Shown: piece by piece, positions 1 through 9,755 of the stretch
Layout of the letters: each line of letters opens with the position of its first letter
Position numbering within the stretch: position 1 is the stretch's first letter
Translations under genes and position numbers: made by a program
The notes under the pieces: generated by a model
Databases searched by the model: none
What the model was told of the DNA's origin: nothing
The model's input: only the letters and a program-made list of their open reading frames with translations
DNA from: Candidatus Moraniibacteriota bacterium
GTDB lineage: Bacteria > Patescibacteriota > Minisyncoccia > Moranbacterales > UBA1568
Direction: 5' to 3'
Assembly: GCA_052034975.1 (NCBI GenBank)
Contig: JBPOIA010000010.1
Location: forward strand, 12,957-76,956
DNA: 64,000 nt

Positions 1-194
1 CGGTACCGGAAGAAGCGGAAGCATCCTTGCCGATGCCCGAGGAAGTGGAAGAAGCCCTGGAAGAGATCTCTTTTCCGTCGCGTGGCGAACACGAGATCGT
101 GAAAGCGCCGATCATTCTGGCGCCCCGATACGACGAGCCGACGGTCGAAGAATACAAACGACGGTTGAACGAACTTCTTTCCGGCGGGAAATAA
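1..194 (+). CDS. 3' end of an upstream gene (C-terminal fragment, product unknown)
   Basis: Frame starting at nt 3 is open to a TAA at 192-194 and encodes an acidic, plausible C-terminus (..EEALEEISFPSRGEHEIVKAPIILAPRYDEPTVEEYKRRLNELLSGGK*). The gene is cut by the window edge. Confidence 0.35.
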   Translation, partial: VPEEAEASLPMPEEVEEALEEISFPSRGEHEIVKAPIILAPRYDEPTVEEYKRRLNELLSGGK

Positions 195-204
195 CCATAC
201 CGGT

Positions 205-1575
205 ATGAAAAAATACTCTGCGAAATTTTGGATCGTGTTCGTTCTCGTCTCGGCAGTCTTCCTGTCCGGGTGGTTTCTCTATTGGGAAGTCAAAAACCAG
301 GGACTGTCGAGTCTGACCGGTTTGTCCGGCGGGCTTCCGGTATCGGAAGAGACGAAGACGGACTTCGCGACCATACTCACGCTTGCGGAGAGTCTTCTTG
401 ATACCGACGGAAAAGAAAAGATATTTCTTATCCTGTTTCAAAACAACCTCGAGTTGCGTCCGGGCGGCGGATTCATTGGGAGCTTCGGTATTCTGAAAGT
501 TCGCGACGGGAAACTGACGCATTTCGCGGTACACGACACTGGCAATTTCGACGGCCGGATTCCCGATACCGTCGAACCGCCGTACCCGATGAAAGAAACC
601 CTCAAAATCAATTCGTGGAAATTGCGCGATTCGAATTATGCTCCGGATTTTTCGGAAAACGCGCGACAGGCGGAAACATTCTATCGGATGGGTGACGGCA
701 CCGAGATGTTCGACGGCGTGGTGGCCGTGACGGCGAACGTACTCACGTCGTTTCTTCGGGTTATCGGTCCGGTATCGATCGACGGATTTCCGGGTACGTA
801 CGGAGAAGAGAACGCGATCATCGATCTCGAATATCAGGTGGAACAGGGGTATCGCGACCAGGCGATCGCGTTTGGCGAGCGCAAATCCGTGATGGGACTT
901 TTGGGACAAGAAATTCTCCGTCGTGCCGAAGCGCTCCCACTATCGAAAAAATACGAACTCTTCCGCACCGTGCTCGAAGATTTGCATCAAAAAGATATTC
1001 AGATTCTTTTGAAGGACGAGCGATTGCAGGAAAGCGTTCGGGCGGCCGGTTGGGACGGAGGATTTGATGGTGCCTGGCGCGACGATTTCCTCTTTCTCGT
1101 CGATGCGAACCTAAACTCGTTCAAGAGCGATTATTTTATGGAGCGCTCGTATGCCTATGCGGTCGATCTTTCCGCGGAATCGCCGAAAGCGACGCTTACG
1201 GTGACGTATAAAAACACCGCGCCGGCTCGCGACTGGTTTGCCAAGGATTACCAGACGTTTCTGCGTGTCTATGTGCCGAAAGGCGGGTATCTCTATCGTG
1301 TCGATGGTGCGGCGAAAGACCCGATGTATGGTGAGTTTTTTGGCAAAAAATATTTCGGAGTATTGGTGCAGGTACCGATTCTGTCCGAAAAGACCGTGAC
1401 GTTCGAATATGCCTTGCCGAAAGATTGGCGAAACGATTGGTACGATCTCAAAATCCAAAAACAGCCGGGAATGCCGGCGGTGCCGGTCTCGGTATCGGTA
1501 ACGAAGAAGGACGGTACGAAAGAGACGAAGTCATTCGCGCTTGACCGCGATATCGTGCTCGGCGAGCTCGAATAA
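205..1575 (+). CDS. DUF4012-family secreted/membrane-anchored protein (frequently next to cell-envelope genes in CPR genomes)
   Basis: N-terminal TM helix; motif LELRPGGGFIGSFGILKVRDGKL...DTGNFDG, typical of DUF4012; ATG start. Confidence 0.75.
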   Translation: MKKYSAKFWIVFVLVSAVFLSGWFLYWEVKNQGLSSLTGLSGGLPVSEETKTDFATILTLAESLLDTDGKEKIFLILFQNNLELRPGGGFIGSFGILKVRDGKLTHFAVHDTGNFDGRIPDTVEPPYPMKETLKINSWKLRDSNYAPDFSENARQAETFYRMGDGTEMFDGVVAVTANVLTSFLRVIGPVSIDGFPGTYGEENAIIDLEYQVEQGYRDQAIAFGERKSVMGLLGQEILRRAEALPLSKKYELFRTVLEDLHQKDIQILLKDERLQESVRAAGWDGGFDGAWRDDFLFLVDANLNSFKSDYFMERSYAYAVDLSAESPKATLTVTYKNTAPARDWFAKDYQTFLRVYVPKGGYLYRVDGAAKDPMYGEFFGKKYFGVLVQVPILSEKTVTFEYALPKDWRNDWYDLKIQKQPGMPAVPVSVSVTKKDGTKETKSFALDRDIVLGELE

Positions 1576-1772
1576 GAATTGCCCTTCCGGAAACGAGAAT
1601 GTTTCCGGGTGGAGGACAAGGAGCGTGCCTATGTGCCGCACGTTCCTTTTCCTCTGCCGAGGTGTGAGTTTCTTTCATCCCATTCAGCCGCTGCTACGGC
1701 AATATTCGTAGCGGCGGTTTTGCTTTTTCCAAGCGGTTTTCGTGTGGTATACTAAAAAAACCACTCTTCATT

Positions 1773-1949
1773 AAAAATTCTTTTTTCTCCTGTCGTTCCG
1801 TCGAACATTTCCGACTCGCTCTGCCGAACGGTGAGCTGTCCTGTCGAAACCGTCCAGTCACACTCGACCGTTATCGGATCGCTCGTCGCAAATGCGACCG
1901 TCGTCACTCTACGGAGAAAAAAGAATTTTTAAGAAGAGTTTGTTACATC
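1773..1949. repeat. 177-bp element bounded by perfect 18-bp terminal inverted repeats (MITE-like, or a long structured leader hairpin)
   Basis: aaaaattcttttttctcc at 1773-1790 and its exact reverse complement ggagaaaaaagaattttt at 1932-1949. The enclosed 141 nt are rich in gtcg/cgac sub-palindromes (e.g. gtcgcaaatgcgac). An upstream extended -10 tgGTATACT lies at ~1747. Confidence 0.5.
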
Positions 1950-1955
1950 TTTTTT

Positions 1956-2630
1956 ATGCGGTTCGATATCATATCCATCTTTCCTGAGAGTTTTACATCG
2001 TATTTCGGCGTGTCGATTTTGAAGCGCGCGCAAGAAGACAGACTCATCGAAATACATACGCACAATGTACGCGATTATGCGTATGATAAACACAAAACGG
2101 TCGATGATACTCCGTATGGCGGTGGGGCGGGGATGGTGCTCAAGCCCGAGCCGCTTGCGGAGGCGATCGAAGATGTGAGGAATAAAACCGGCGGCCGGAC
2201 GAGGATTATCGTGTTTTCGGCCAAAGGAAAACCGTACGCACAGGAAGATGCCAGGCGACTCGCAGCGGAATATGATCGGCTCATCCTCGTTTGCGGGCGC
2301 TATGAGGGTATCGACGAGCGCGTCGTCGAGCTTTTTGCGGACGAGGAATTCTCGATCGGCGAATATGTGCTCACGGGCGGGGAGATTCCCGCGATGATCG
2401 TCGTCGATTCGGTGGCGCGGCTTCTTCCGGGAGTGTTAGGAAACGAAATCAGTGCCGAAACCGAATCGCACACGGAAGAAGGAGTGGTCGAATATCCGCA
2501 GTACACCAAGCCCGAGGAATTCCGCGGCGCGCGCGTGCCGGAGGTGCTCCTTTCCGGCCATCATAAGCGTATCGAAGAGTGGAGGAAAGAAGAAACGAAA
2601 CGGCAAAGCGAGCGAAGGAAAAAATCTTAA
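1956..2630 (+). CDS. trmD: tRNA (guanine37-N1)-methyltransferase
   Basis: MRFDIISIFPE...YGGGAGMVLKPEPL...ILVCGRYEGIDERV are TrmD SPOUT motifs. Confidence 0.9.
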   Translation: MRFDIISIFPESFTSYFGVSILKRAQEDRLIEIHTHNVRDYAYDKHKTVDDTPYGGGAGMVLKPEPLAEAIEDVRNKTGGRTRIIVFSAKGKPYAQEDARRLAAEYDRLILVCGRYEGIDERVVELFADEEFSIGEYVLTGGEIPAMIVVDSVARLLPGVLGNEISAETESHTEEGVVEYPQYTKPEEFRGARVPEVLLSGHHKRIEEWRKEETKRQSERRKKS

Positions 2631-2710
2631 ACAGAGAAAGAAAATCGAGATATAAAAAATCTCTAATATGTAGAGGGCGCGATTTTGATAGTAGATCTTA
2701 AAAGAGAGAA

Positions 2711-4471
2711 ATGAAGGAGTATTTTCAAGATATTACAACCAAAAAAGCGATTTTGATTATTCTCGCTATCGGAGCTGTTGTTTTTTCAAACACGTTAGTT
2801 AATGGTTTTGTGGGAGATGATAATAGCCAGATTGTTTATAATAATTCAATCCGTTCTTTTTTTGATGTCAGCGCATATTTTAAGGGAAACTTTTATTCCG
2901 TAGGAGAGAATTTTAATACGGTAAATTATTATAGGCCGCTTATGTATGTGGCCTATACTTTTATTGGAGAAATATTTGGATTGAGTCCATTTTTCTTTCA
3001 TTTATTCGTTGCTGGTTTACATATCACAAATGCCGTTCTTCTTTTTCTTTTTCTGAGAAGATTCATATTGAATCAAGGAGTCGTGCTTATTATGGCGCTC
3101 ATTTTTTTGGTTCATCCGATGAATGGGGAGGTGGCAGTATATGTAGCCAACATCCAAGATTCTCTTTTTTTCTTTTTTGGTCTGTTGGCATTGCTTAAAA
3201 TTTCTCAGAAAGAGAATCTTACGATTGTACGCCTTGTTGGCGTTCATTTTCTTCTTCTCGGGTCACTTCTCTCCAAAGAAACAGGCGTAGTTTTTCTTCT
3301 TCTTGTGCCGCTTTGCAGTTTTCTTTTTGACAAGAAAGAATTTGTGAAATTGAGTATCGTGAGCCTAGCGGTGAGCCTCGAATATATATTGCTTCGTTTT
3401 GTTGTAGCAGATTTCTTTCTTTCAAAATCAATGGTAGCCATTTCTCCTATGATCAACTTTTCTCTAGGGGAGAGGATTCTGCATATTCCGGCAATTTTGT
3501 TGTACTATTTGAAGACTTTTATCTGGCCATTGAAATTGGCTATTTTTCAGGTTTGGACTATACAGCAGATCGATTTCTATAATTTCTATTTCCCATTAGG
3601 AATAGTAACCATCTTTTTTGGTTGGATGTTTCTTTTGGGTAAGGGGATATACGCAAGTCATGGAAGAGAAGTGTTTTCTATTTATATCTTTTTCGTTGTC
3701 TGGTTTATTCTGGGACTGATACCACACATTCAGTTTTTTCCAATAGATGGTACGGTAGCTGATCGCTGGTTTTATCTTTCAAGTGTGGGACTGTTGGTTA
3801 TTCTTATTTTCGCTTATTATGAGTACGCAAAAACAGAGAGGATAAAAAATATAGCAATAGCGTTTTCTTTATTGGCTGTAATGTTTTATGGCGCACGGAC
3901 TATTGAAAGAAACATGGATTGGAAAGACGATATCACGCTTACATCGCATGATGTAATGATTAATCCCGATTCATACATACTTAACTCAGCTTACGGATCT
4001 ATTTTGCAGTCACGTAAAGAGTACGGCAAGGCGCAGTCATTTTTAGAAAAGGCAGTACAAAGCCGTTCAGATGTGGTGGCATACAGAATGTTACTCGGTG
4101 TTAACTTGAACAAGTTGGGTCGGTTAGAAGAAGCAAAAAAACAGTATTTTGAGGCTGACAAAATAGCTCCCGAGAGTTCTATTGCGGCATCCTATTACTC
4201 CTCTAGCTTGCTTTCTCAGGGAAAGTATGATGAGGCAGAGGCGTACGCCAACCTGGTGTTTAGCAGACAGGATGTGAATGACCCTTACTCGCCTATGATT
4301 TTAGCTGTTCTTGAATATCGCAAGGGGAACAGCGATAAGGCTATCGATTTACTTATGCAGTCTGCTAATGAGAGTCCAAAATTATTGGCCAAAGACTTAT
4401 TCTGGAAGATAAAGAAAAACGAATCTATACCAGATGGATATATTTTAGAAAAACTACTCGAAATTTACTAA
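2711..4471 (+). CDS. Polytopic membrane glycosyltransferase family 39/PMT_2-like protein with C-terminal TPR repeats
   Basis: About 12 TM helices; a GFVGDDNSQIV loop motif resembling ArnT/PMT/TMTC-like transferases; C-terminal TPR-like repeats. The gene is markedly AT-rich (~35% GC) relative to its flanks. Confidence 0.65.
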   Translation: MKEYFQDITTKKAILIILAIGAVVFSNTLVNGFVGDDNSQIVYNNSIRSFFDVSAYFKGNFYSVGENFNTVNYYRPLMYVAYTFIGEIFGLSPFFFHLFVAGLHITNAVLLFLFLRRFILNQGVVLIMALIFLVHPMNGEVAVYVANIQDSLFFFFGLLALLKISQKENLTIVRLVGVHFLLLGSLLSKETGVVFLLLVPLCSFLFDKKEFVKLSIVSLAVSLEYILLRFVVADFFLSKSMVAISPMINFSLGERILHIPAILLYYLKTFIWPLKLAIFQVWTIQQIDFYNFYFPLGIVTIFFGWMFLLGKGIYASHGREVFSIYIFFVVWFILGLIPHIQFFPIDGTVADRWFYLSSVGLLVILIFAYYEYAKTERIKNIAIAFSLLAVMFYGARTIERNMDWKDDITLTSHDVMINPDSYILNSAYGSILQSRKEYGKAQSFLEKAVQSRSDVVAYRMLLGVNLNKLGRLEEAKKQYFEADKIAPESSIAASYYSSSLLSQGKYDEAEAYANLVFSRQDVNDPYSPMILAVLEYRKGNSDKAIDLLMQSANESPKLLAKDLFWKIKKNESIPDGYILEKLLEIY

Positions 4472-4608
4472 GCATTCTTCTTAAGATGTGTTACCATTTC
4501 ACCATCCAGGTGGTTGATGCCGCCATTATGACTGATAGCAAGGTATACGTTTGGAAATGAGAGTTTGTTCTCATTTTGTTCACTTCGCTTGGTAATAAAA
4601 ACAGAATA

Positions 4609-5724
4609 ATGAATAAGCCTCAGTCATATAAATCCATCGATCGCCCACTGTTGATAGCCATTCTTGCACTGCTTGGCATCGGGCTTATGATGATCGCGTC
4701 GGCAGGTGTCGTGTATGGGCAGGTGCGTTTCGGCGATGGATATTATTTCTTCAAGCAGCAGCTCCTTGGCCTCGGTGTCGGGCTCGTGTTTTTGTACGTG
4801 TTTCAAAGGATCGATTACCGTGTCTGGCAGCGATTCGTGGTGCCGATTTTCTTTGTCGCGCTTGGCCTTCTCGTTCTCGTGTTCATTCCGGGATTTGGGA
4901 CGACGGTGTATGGGGCGGCGCGTTGGGTGGAGATCGGCCCGGTCTCTTTCCAGCCTTCCGAGGTGATGAAGCTTGCCATCATCCTCTATCTCGCCGCGTG
5001 GCTATCAAGCAAAGGGCGTGCCAGAACGGCTGATTTTTTCGAGGGATTCGTGCCGTTCTTGGCACTCCTTTCCTTGGTTGGCTTCCTTATCATCAAACAG
5101 CCGGATACCGGAACGCTCGGGCTCATTTTTCTTATCGCGCTTTCGATGTATTTCGCGTCGGGCGCGAATCTCGCGCATATCTTTTCGCTTTTTTTTGGAG
5201 GACTTCTCTTTCTCGCACTTCTCATCAAGATGGCACCGTACCGTTTGCAGCGCTTCTTGGTGTATATCAATCCGGAGCACGATCCGCAAGGCTTCGGCTA
5301 CCAGATGACGCAGGCCTTGCTCGCGATCGGATCGGGAGGAATCTTTGGTGTCGGGCTTGGGCACAGCCGGCAGAAATTCAACTATCTTCCCGAACCGGTG
5401 ACGGATTCCATTTTTGCCGTTCTCGGAGAAGAATTCGGCCTGATCGGAACGATTGTCGTCGTTTTACTCTTCCTTTTTGTCGCGTGGCGGGGACTTCGGA
5501 TCGCATCGTACGCGCCGGAGAGTTTCGGTCGGTTTGTGGCCATCGGCATCACGTCGTGGATCGTGTTTCAGGCGTTCATCAATATCTCCGCGATCACGGG
5601 CCTCATCCCGCTTACGGGCATCCCGCTGCCGCTTATTAGCTACGGGGGTACGTCGCTCGCGGGTCTCTTGGCGGCGATCGGAATCTTGCTCAACGTTTCC
5701 AAACATTCTACACTGAAAGCATAA
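4609..5724 (+). CDS. ftsW: SEDS-family peptidoglycan polymerase FtsW/RodA
   Basis: Multi-TM protein; C-terminal GVGLGHSRQKFNYLPEPVTDSIFAVLGEEFGLIG signature of FtsW/RodA/SpoVE. The ORF opens with TTG at 4576; the first ATG is at 4609. Confidence 0.85.
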   Translation: MNKPQSYKSIDRPLLIAILALLGIGLMMIASAGVVYGQVRFGDGYYFFKQQLLGLGVGLVFLYVFQRIDYRVWQRFVVPIFFVALGLLVLVFIPGFGTTVYGAARWVEIGPVSFQPSEVMKLAIILYLAAWLSSKGRARTADFFEGFVPFLALLSLVGFLIIKQPDTGTLGLIFLIALSMYFASGANLAHIFSLFFGGLLFLALLIKMAPYRLQRFLVYINPEHDPQGFGYQMTQALLAIGSGGIFGVGLGHSRQKFNYLPEPVTDSIFAVLGEEFGLIGTIVVVLLFLFVAWRGLRIASYAPESFGRFVAIGITSWIVFQAFINISAITGLIPLTGIPLPLISYGGTSLAGLLAAIGILLNVSKHSTLKA

Positions 5725-5744
5725 TCAATCCTGAGCGAAAAGCT

Positions 5745-6878
5745 ATGGCTGACGTGCCACGAGTGGTTTTGACGGGCGGTCTTTCCGGCGGACACACGTT
5801 TCCGCTCATTGCGGTGGCGCGAGCACTCCGTTCGGAGTTTCCGCAGGGAATAGAGTTTTTGTTCATCGGGTCGCGCGGACGGTTCGAGGATGCGTCGATG
5901 GCCGAAGAGAGTATCCCGGTAAAATATGTTCTGACCGGCAAATGGCGACGGTATTTCTCGCTGCTCAATATCATCGATCCGTTCAAGATCCCGATCGGTT
6001 TCGTGCAGGCGCTTTGGCATATGCTGTTCTTTATGCCGGAGGTGATCTTCGCCAAAGGTGGGGCGGCTTCGGTGCCGGTGGTAGTGGCCGCGTGGTTGTA
6101 TCGCATTCCGGTTGTCATCCACGATTCCGATGCGGTAGCCGGTCGGGCCAATCGTTTCCTTTCGCGGTTCGCACGGCGTATCGCGATCGCGTATCCGGGT
6201 GCGCGCGAGTATTTTCCGGCCGAAAAGACCGCGCTCACGGGTAATCCGGTGCGGACGGAAATCTTAAGCGGCGATGCTGCTCGTGCCTTCTCTCGATATG
6301 GGTTTTCTGCCGAGAAATCGACGCTTCTTGTCATTGGCGGGAGCCAGGGGGCGATGATTCTGAACGAAGCTTTGCTCCGCGTCTTACCGAGCCTGCTGGA
6401 AAGGAACATCCAGGTGATCCATCAGACGGGAAGCGACCATTATGAATCCATCAAGGAGGCGGTGGAAAAGTACGGGATCGCCATCGGAACGAGCGGGTAT
6501 GTGCCGGTACCATTCTTGCCGGCGGGCGAATTAGCTGACGCGCTCTCGGCCGCGATGATTGTCATCTCGCGGGCCGGTGCCGGTTCCATCGCCGAAATTG
6601 CCGCTACGAAGAAACCCGCCATCCTCATTCCGCTTGCGAGCGCCGCGAATGACGAGCAACGAATGAACGCGTACGATATTGCCGGCATCGGTGGTGCACT
6701 CGTGATTGAGGAAGCCAATCTTGGGAAAAATATGCTTTTCGAGAAGATCGTCGAGCTCATCGATCAGCCGGGAACTCGCGTCTCTATGAGCGAGAAGATC
6801 GGTGCTTTCTACCATCCTGACGCTGCACAGGCGATCGCAGAGAGTCTGGCGACGCTTATTCGGGAACGTCGATCCTGA
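5745..6878 (+). CDS. murG: UDP-GlcNAc:undecaprenyl-PP-MurNAc-pentapeptide GlcNAc transferase
   Basis: GGLSGGHTFPLIAVARAL and GGSQGA motifs; GT28 architecture. Confidence 0.9.
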   Translation: MADVPRVVLTGGLSGGHTFPLIAVARALRSEFPQGIEFLFIGSRGRFEDASMAEESIPVKYVLTGKWRRYFSLLNIIDPFKIPIGFVQALWHMLFFMPEVIFAKGGAASVPVVVAAWLYRIPVVIHDSDAVAGRANRFLSRFARRIAIAYPGAREYFPAEKTALTGNPVRTEILSGDAARAFSRYGFSAEKSTLLVIGGSQGAMILNEALLRVLPSLLERNIQVIHQTGSDHYESIKEAVEKYGIAIGTSGYVPVPFLPAGELADALSAAMIVISRAGAGSIAEIAATKKPAILIPLASAANDEQRMNAYDIAGIGGALVIEEANLGKNMLFEKIVELIDQPGTRVSMSEKIGAFYHPDAAQAIAESLATLIRERRS

Positions 6879-6887
6879 AAGATCCAT

Positions 6888-8303
6888 ATGCAGATATCGC
6901 GCCTTTCTCAGTTCAAGAATATCCATATGATCGGCGTGAAGGGCGCCGGAATGACAGCGTTGGCCGAACTTTTGTCGAAACAAGGCGTGACGATCACTGG
7001 TTCGGATACGGGCGAAGTCTTTTTTACGGACGGCATACTGAAGAAGCTCGGGATTCTTTTTGCCGAGCGGTTCGCGCCGGAGAATATCCCAAACAATGCC
7101 GATGCGATCGTGTATTCGACGGCGTATTCGCGTGAGAAGAATTCGGAATTGGCCGCCGCATTTGAAAAGGATATTCCGGTGCTGAGCTATCCGCAGGCGC
7201 TCGGGATGCTTACGCGAGAAAAGCTTACACTTGCGGTGTGCGGTACGCACGGCAAGACGACGACATCGGCGCTTTTGGCCGAGACACTCCGTCACACCGG
7301 TCTTAATCCGTCGGCGATCGTCGGGAGTCGGATTCTCCAGTGGGAAGGAAATGCGCTTCTCGGCAGCGGGGAATATCTCGTGCTTGAAGCCGATGAATAT
7401 CAGAACAAGCTGGCCGAATATTTGCCGTTCGGAGTGATCCTGACAAGCGCTGATTGGGATCATCCGGATTTCTTTCCCGATCGCGAGAGCTATCTGTCAG
7501 TTTTCCGCGAATTCGTCGCCCGTATCCCGAAACACGGCGTGCTCGTCTACTGCAACGATTCGGCGGACGTGGTACACATCGCCGAAGCAGCACACTGTCA
7601 GAAAATTTCGTACGGCTTTCTTGCCGGAGCGGATGTTTTGATAGGCGAGTATCAGGCGGAAAAAATGGGTTTTGTCGGAGAGCACGATGCGTTCAAACAA
7701 TCATTTTCTGTCGCGATTCGCGGTGAAGACAAGGGTCGGTTTCGTCTGCGGTTGGCCGGCGAGCATAACGCAGAGAATGCCGCCGCCGTGATTGCGCTCA
7801 CGGTGTTTCTGAAGCAGGATATCGAGCGTGTCCGCCGCGGACTGGAGAAGTTTTCTGGGACCGAGCGGCGTTTCGAATTGATTGGCGAGCGATATGGCAC
7901 GCTCATCTACGACGATTACGCGCATCATCCGGAAGAGATCCGCGCGACACTCAAAGCATTTCGCGACCTTTATCCAAAGCGCAGGCTCCGGGTGGTATTT
8001 CATCCACATACCTTCACCCGCACCAAAACGTTTCTCGAAGAATTCTCGCAGAGCTTTGATCTGGCAGATGAAGTGTATGTGCTCGATATCTACGGTAGCG
8101 CGCGCGAAGAGCACGGCGGCGTGTCTTCGGAAGACCTGGTGAGAGAGATCAACCGGTTCGCTCCCGGCAAAGCCGAGTATGTTCCGGACAAAGAGGCGCT
8201 TGTCGGACGATTCGAGGAGACAATGGGACGGCAAGATGTTATCATAACGCTGGGTGCGGGAAATGTGTGGGAGCTTTCCCATACGCTCGCGAAGAAGCGA
8301 TAA
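6888..8303 (+). CDS. murC: UDP-N-acetylmuramate--L-alanine ligase
   Basis: IHMIGVKGAGMTALAELL; GTHGKTTTSALLA P-loop; Mur ligase C-terminal domain. Confidence 0.9.
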   Translation: MQISRLSQFKNIHMIGVKGAGMTALAELLSKQGVTITGSDTGEVFFTDGILKKLGILFAERFAPENIPNNADAIVYSTAYSREKNSELAAAFEKDIPVLSYPQALGMLTREKLTLAVCGTHGKTTTSALLAETLRHTGLNPSAIVGSRILQWEGNALLGSGEYLVLEADEYQNKLAEYLPFGVILTSADWDHPDFFPDRESYLSVFREFVARIPKHGVLVYCNDSADVVHIAEAAHCQKISYGFLAGADVLIGEYQAEKMGFVGEHDAFKQSFSVAIRGEDKGRFRLRLAGEHNAENAAAVIALTVFLKQDIERVRRGLEKFSGTERRFELIGERYGTLIYDDYAHHPEEIRATLKAFRDLYPKRRLRVVFHPHTFTRTKTFLEEFSQSFDLADEVYVLDIYGSAREEHGGVSSEDLVREINRFAPGKAEYVPDKEALVGRFEETMGRQDVIITLGAGNVWELSHTLAKKR

Positions 8304-8330
8304 CGAACAAGAGAAAATCAAAAGAAAAAT

Positions 8331-9260
8331 ATGTTTCACGTGAGGAGGAACGTGCCGCTTGCGCCGATGACGACGTTTCGGATCGGCGGGAAAGCGGATT
8401 ATTTTGCGGAAGTATCCGGTGCACTTGACCTTGCCGAAGCGCTTGAATACGCGGGAACGAACAAATTGCCGGTGTACGTGTTTGGCGGCGGCAGCAACAT
8501 CTTGTTTTCTGATCGGGGCTTTGCCGGAATAGTGATCCGTATCGTTGATGGCGGCGTGCAAGTAGCTCACGGACGCATCCTTGCGGGGGCGGGCGTGCCG
8601 CTCGCGTCGGTGGTGACAGCTGCTCAGGAAGCCGGACTGGCTGGCATCGAGAATCTCGCAGGCATTCCGGGGTCATTCGGCGGTGCGGTACGCGGCAATG
8701 CCGGCGCATTCGGAACGGAGATCGGTGAACGTATCGCGTCGGTCAAGGTGCTTACGCGCGATACCGGAATGGTGAAAGAATACAGGCAGGACGCGTGTGG
8801 ATTCTCTTATCGCACGAGCGTTTTTAAACAGGATCCTGAGCTCATCATTGTTTCGGCGGAATTGAAACTCATTCCGGGCGATCAAGAGACGATCCGTCGT
8901 GCCGCTCGGGAAATTCTTCGGAAGCGCGAAGCGAAGCAAAAACAGGACGCAAAGTGCGCCGGGTCGTTCTTTATGAATCCGGCTGTGAAGGACGAAACAT
9001 TGCGCCAGGAATTCGTGAAGGATACCGGGACGCAGCCGAAAGATGATCGTTTGCCGGCGGGGTGGCTCATCGATCACGCGGGGCTGCGCGGGAAGAAGGT
9101 CGGCGGCGCGATGGTGAGTATGGAGCATCCGAATTATATCGTGAACGCAGGCAACGCGACGGCGGAGGATGTCCTTATGCTCGCAAGTCTCATCAAGCAG
9201 CGCGTCCGAACGGAGCTTAGCGTTCAACTCAAAGAAGAGGTGCAACTTGTCGGATTTTAA
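8331..9260 (+). CDS. murB: UDP-N-acetylenolpyruvoylglucosamine reductase
   Basis: PLAPMTTFRIGGKADYF FAD-binding N-terminus and a MurB C-terminal domain. An alternative GTG start at 8349 follows an AGGAGG Shine-Dalgarno (SD) sequence. Confidence 0.9.
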   Translation: MFHVRRNVPLAPMTTFRIGGKADYFAEVSGALDLAEALEYAGTNKLPVYVFGGGSNILFSDRGFAGIVIRIVDGGVQVAHGRILAGAGVPLASVVTAAQEAGLAGIENLAGIPGSFGGAVRGNAGAFGTEIGERIASVKVLTRDTGMVKEYRQDACGFSYRTSVFKQDPELIIVSAELKLIPGDQETIRRAAREILRKREAKQKQDAKCAGSFFMNPAVKDETLRQEFVKDTGTQPKDDRLPAGWLIDHAGLRGKKVGGAMVSMEHPNYIVNAGNATAEDVLMLASLIKQRVRTELSVQLKEEVQLVGF

Positions 9261-9283
9261 GTGTGAGAGACAATAATTTAAAA

Positions 9284-9307
9284 AAGGCTTTTAAAAGCCT
9301 TTTTTTG
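9284..9307 (+). terminator. Rho-independent terminator after murB
   Basis: Hairpin aaggcttttaaaagcctt followed by TTTTTTT. Confidence 0.7.
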
Positions 9308-9349
9308 CTAAAAAACTTGACAATTTTTCACTGATTGCTATTTACTTTT

Positions 9350-9375
9350 CTTTATTTTTATGGTATAATGGTATT
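9350..9375 (+). promoter_or_regulatory. Extended -10 promoter (TGGTATAAT) with an AT-rich upstream region
   Basis: tggtataatgg at ~9358-9368; the same 11-mer recurs at 10003 upstream of hpf; followed by an AGGAGG Shine-Dalgarno sequence. Confidence 0.5.
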
Positions 9376-9471
9376 GTAGGAGGTGCCAAAAAATGACATC
9401 GACTATGACGGGGGACGAGGGCAAAAATCCTTGTCTTGTTCTTTTCAATCATTTTTCGGGAGGGAACAAGT

Positions 9472-9699
9472 ATGTGGTACCAAAGTCACGAAGAGCGGCA
9501 TAATGCCATCCGCGGCCTGCGCATCGAATGTGCGGGATGCAGTATGTTCGGGGATGGTGATCATATGACGGAGCACAGGGGCAAACGGTATCATCCGGAT
9601 TGCCTGCACCGTTTCGAGAAGGGAAGACGAGCGGCGGTTTTGGAACTCGTTCACCCCAAAGAAGATGCCGGCGTGATGCCGGAAAGGCAGGCGGCATGA
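9472..9699 (+). CDS. Small Cys/His-rich hypothetical protein (putative zinc-binding)
   Basis: GGGAGGG SD sequence 8 nt upstream of ATG 9472. Encodes MWYQSHEERHNAIRGLRIECAGCSMFGDGDHMTEHRGKRYHPDCLHRF... with a CxxC...H...HxxC..H pattern. Confidence 0.4.
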   Translation: MWYQSHEERHNAIRGLRIECAGCSMFGDGDHMTEHRGKRYHPDCLHRFEKGRRAAVLELVHPKEDAGVMPERQAA

Positions 9700-9714
9700 A
9701 GCCGATTCTGCGTA

Positions 9715-9755
9715 CGGGAGAGAGACTGAATGTCTTTTCTCCCGTTTTCTTTTCC
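9715..9755 (+). terminator. Rho-independent terminator
   Basis: cgggagagagac..gtcttttctcccg hairpin followed by TTTTCTTTTCC. Confidence 0.6.

Noticed and set aside
112-909. 265-aa minus-strand ORF
   Set aside because: Lies entirely antisense to the well-supported DUF4012 gene, has Arg-rich composition typical of antisense GC-rich frames, and has no motif.
6531-8570. Long minus-strand ORFs (310 aa and 289 aa) across murG/murC
   Set aside because: Antisense shadows of strongly supported Mur genes; no motifs; Arg/His-rich.
9383-9568. 61-aa ORF starting at GTG directly abutting AGGAGG
   Set aside because: No spacer between the SD sequence and the start codon. It overlaps the better-supported 9472 ORF and the short ATG-initiated leader ORF.
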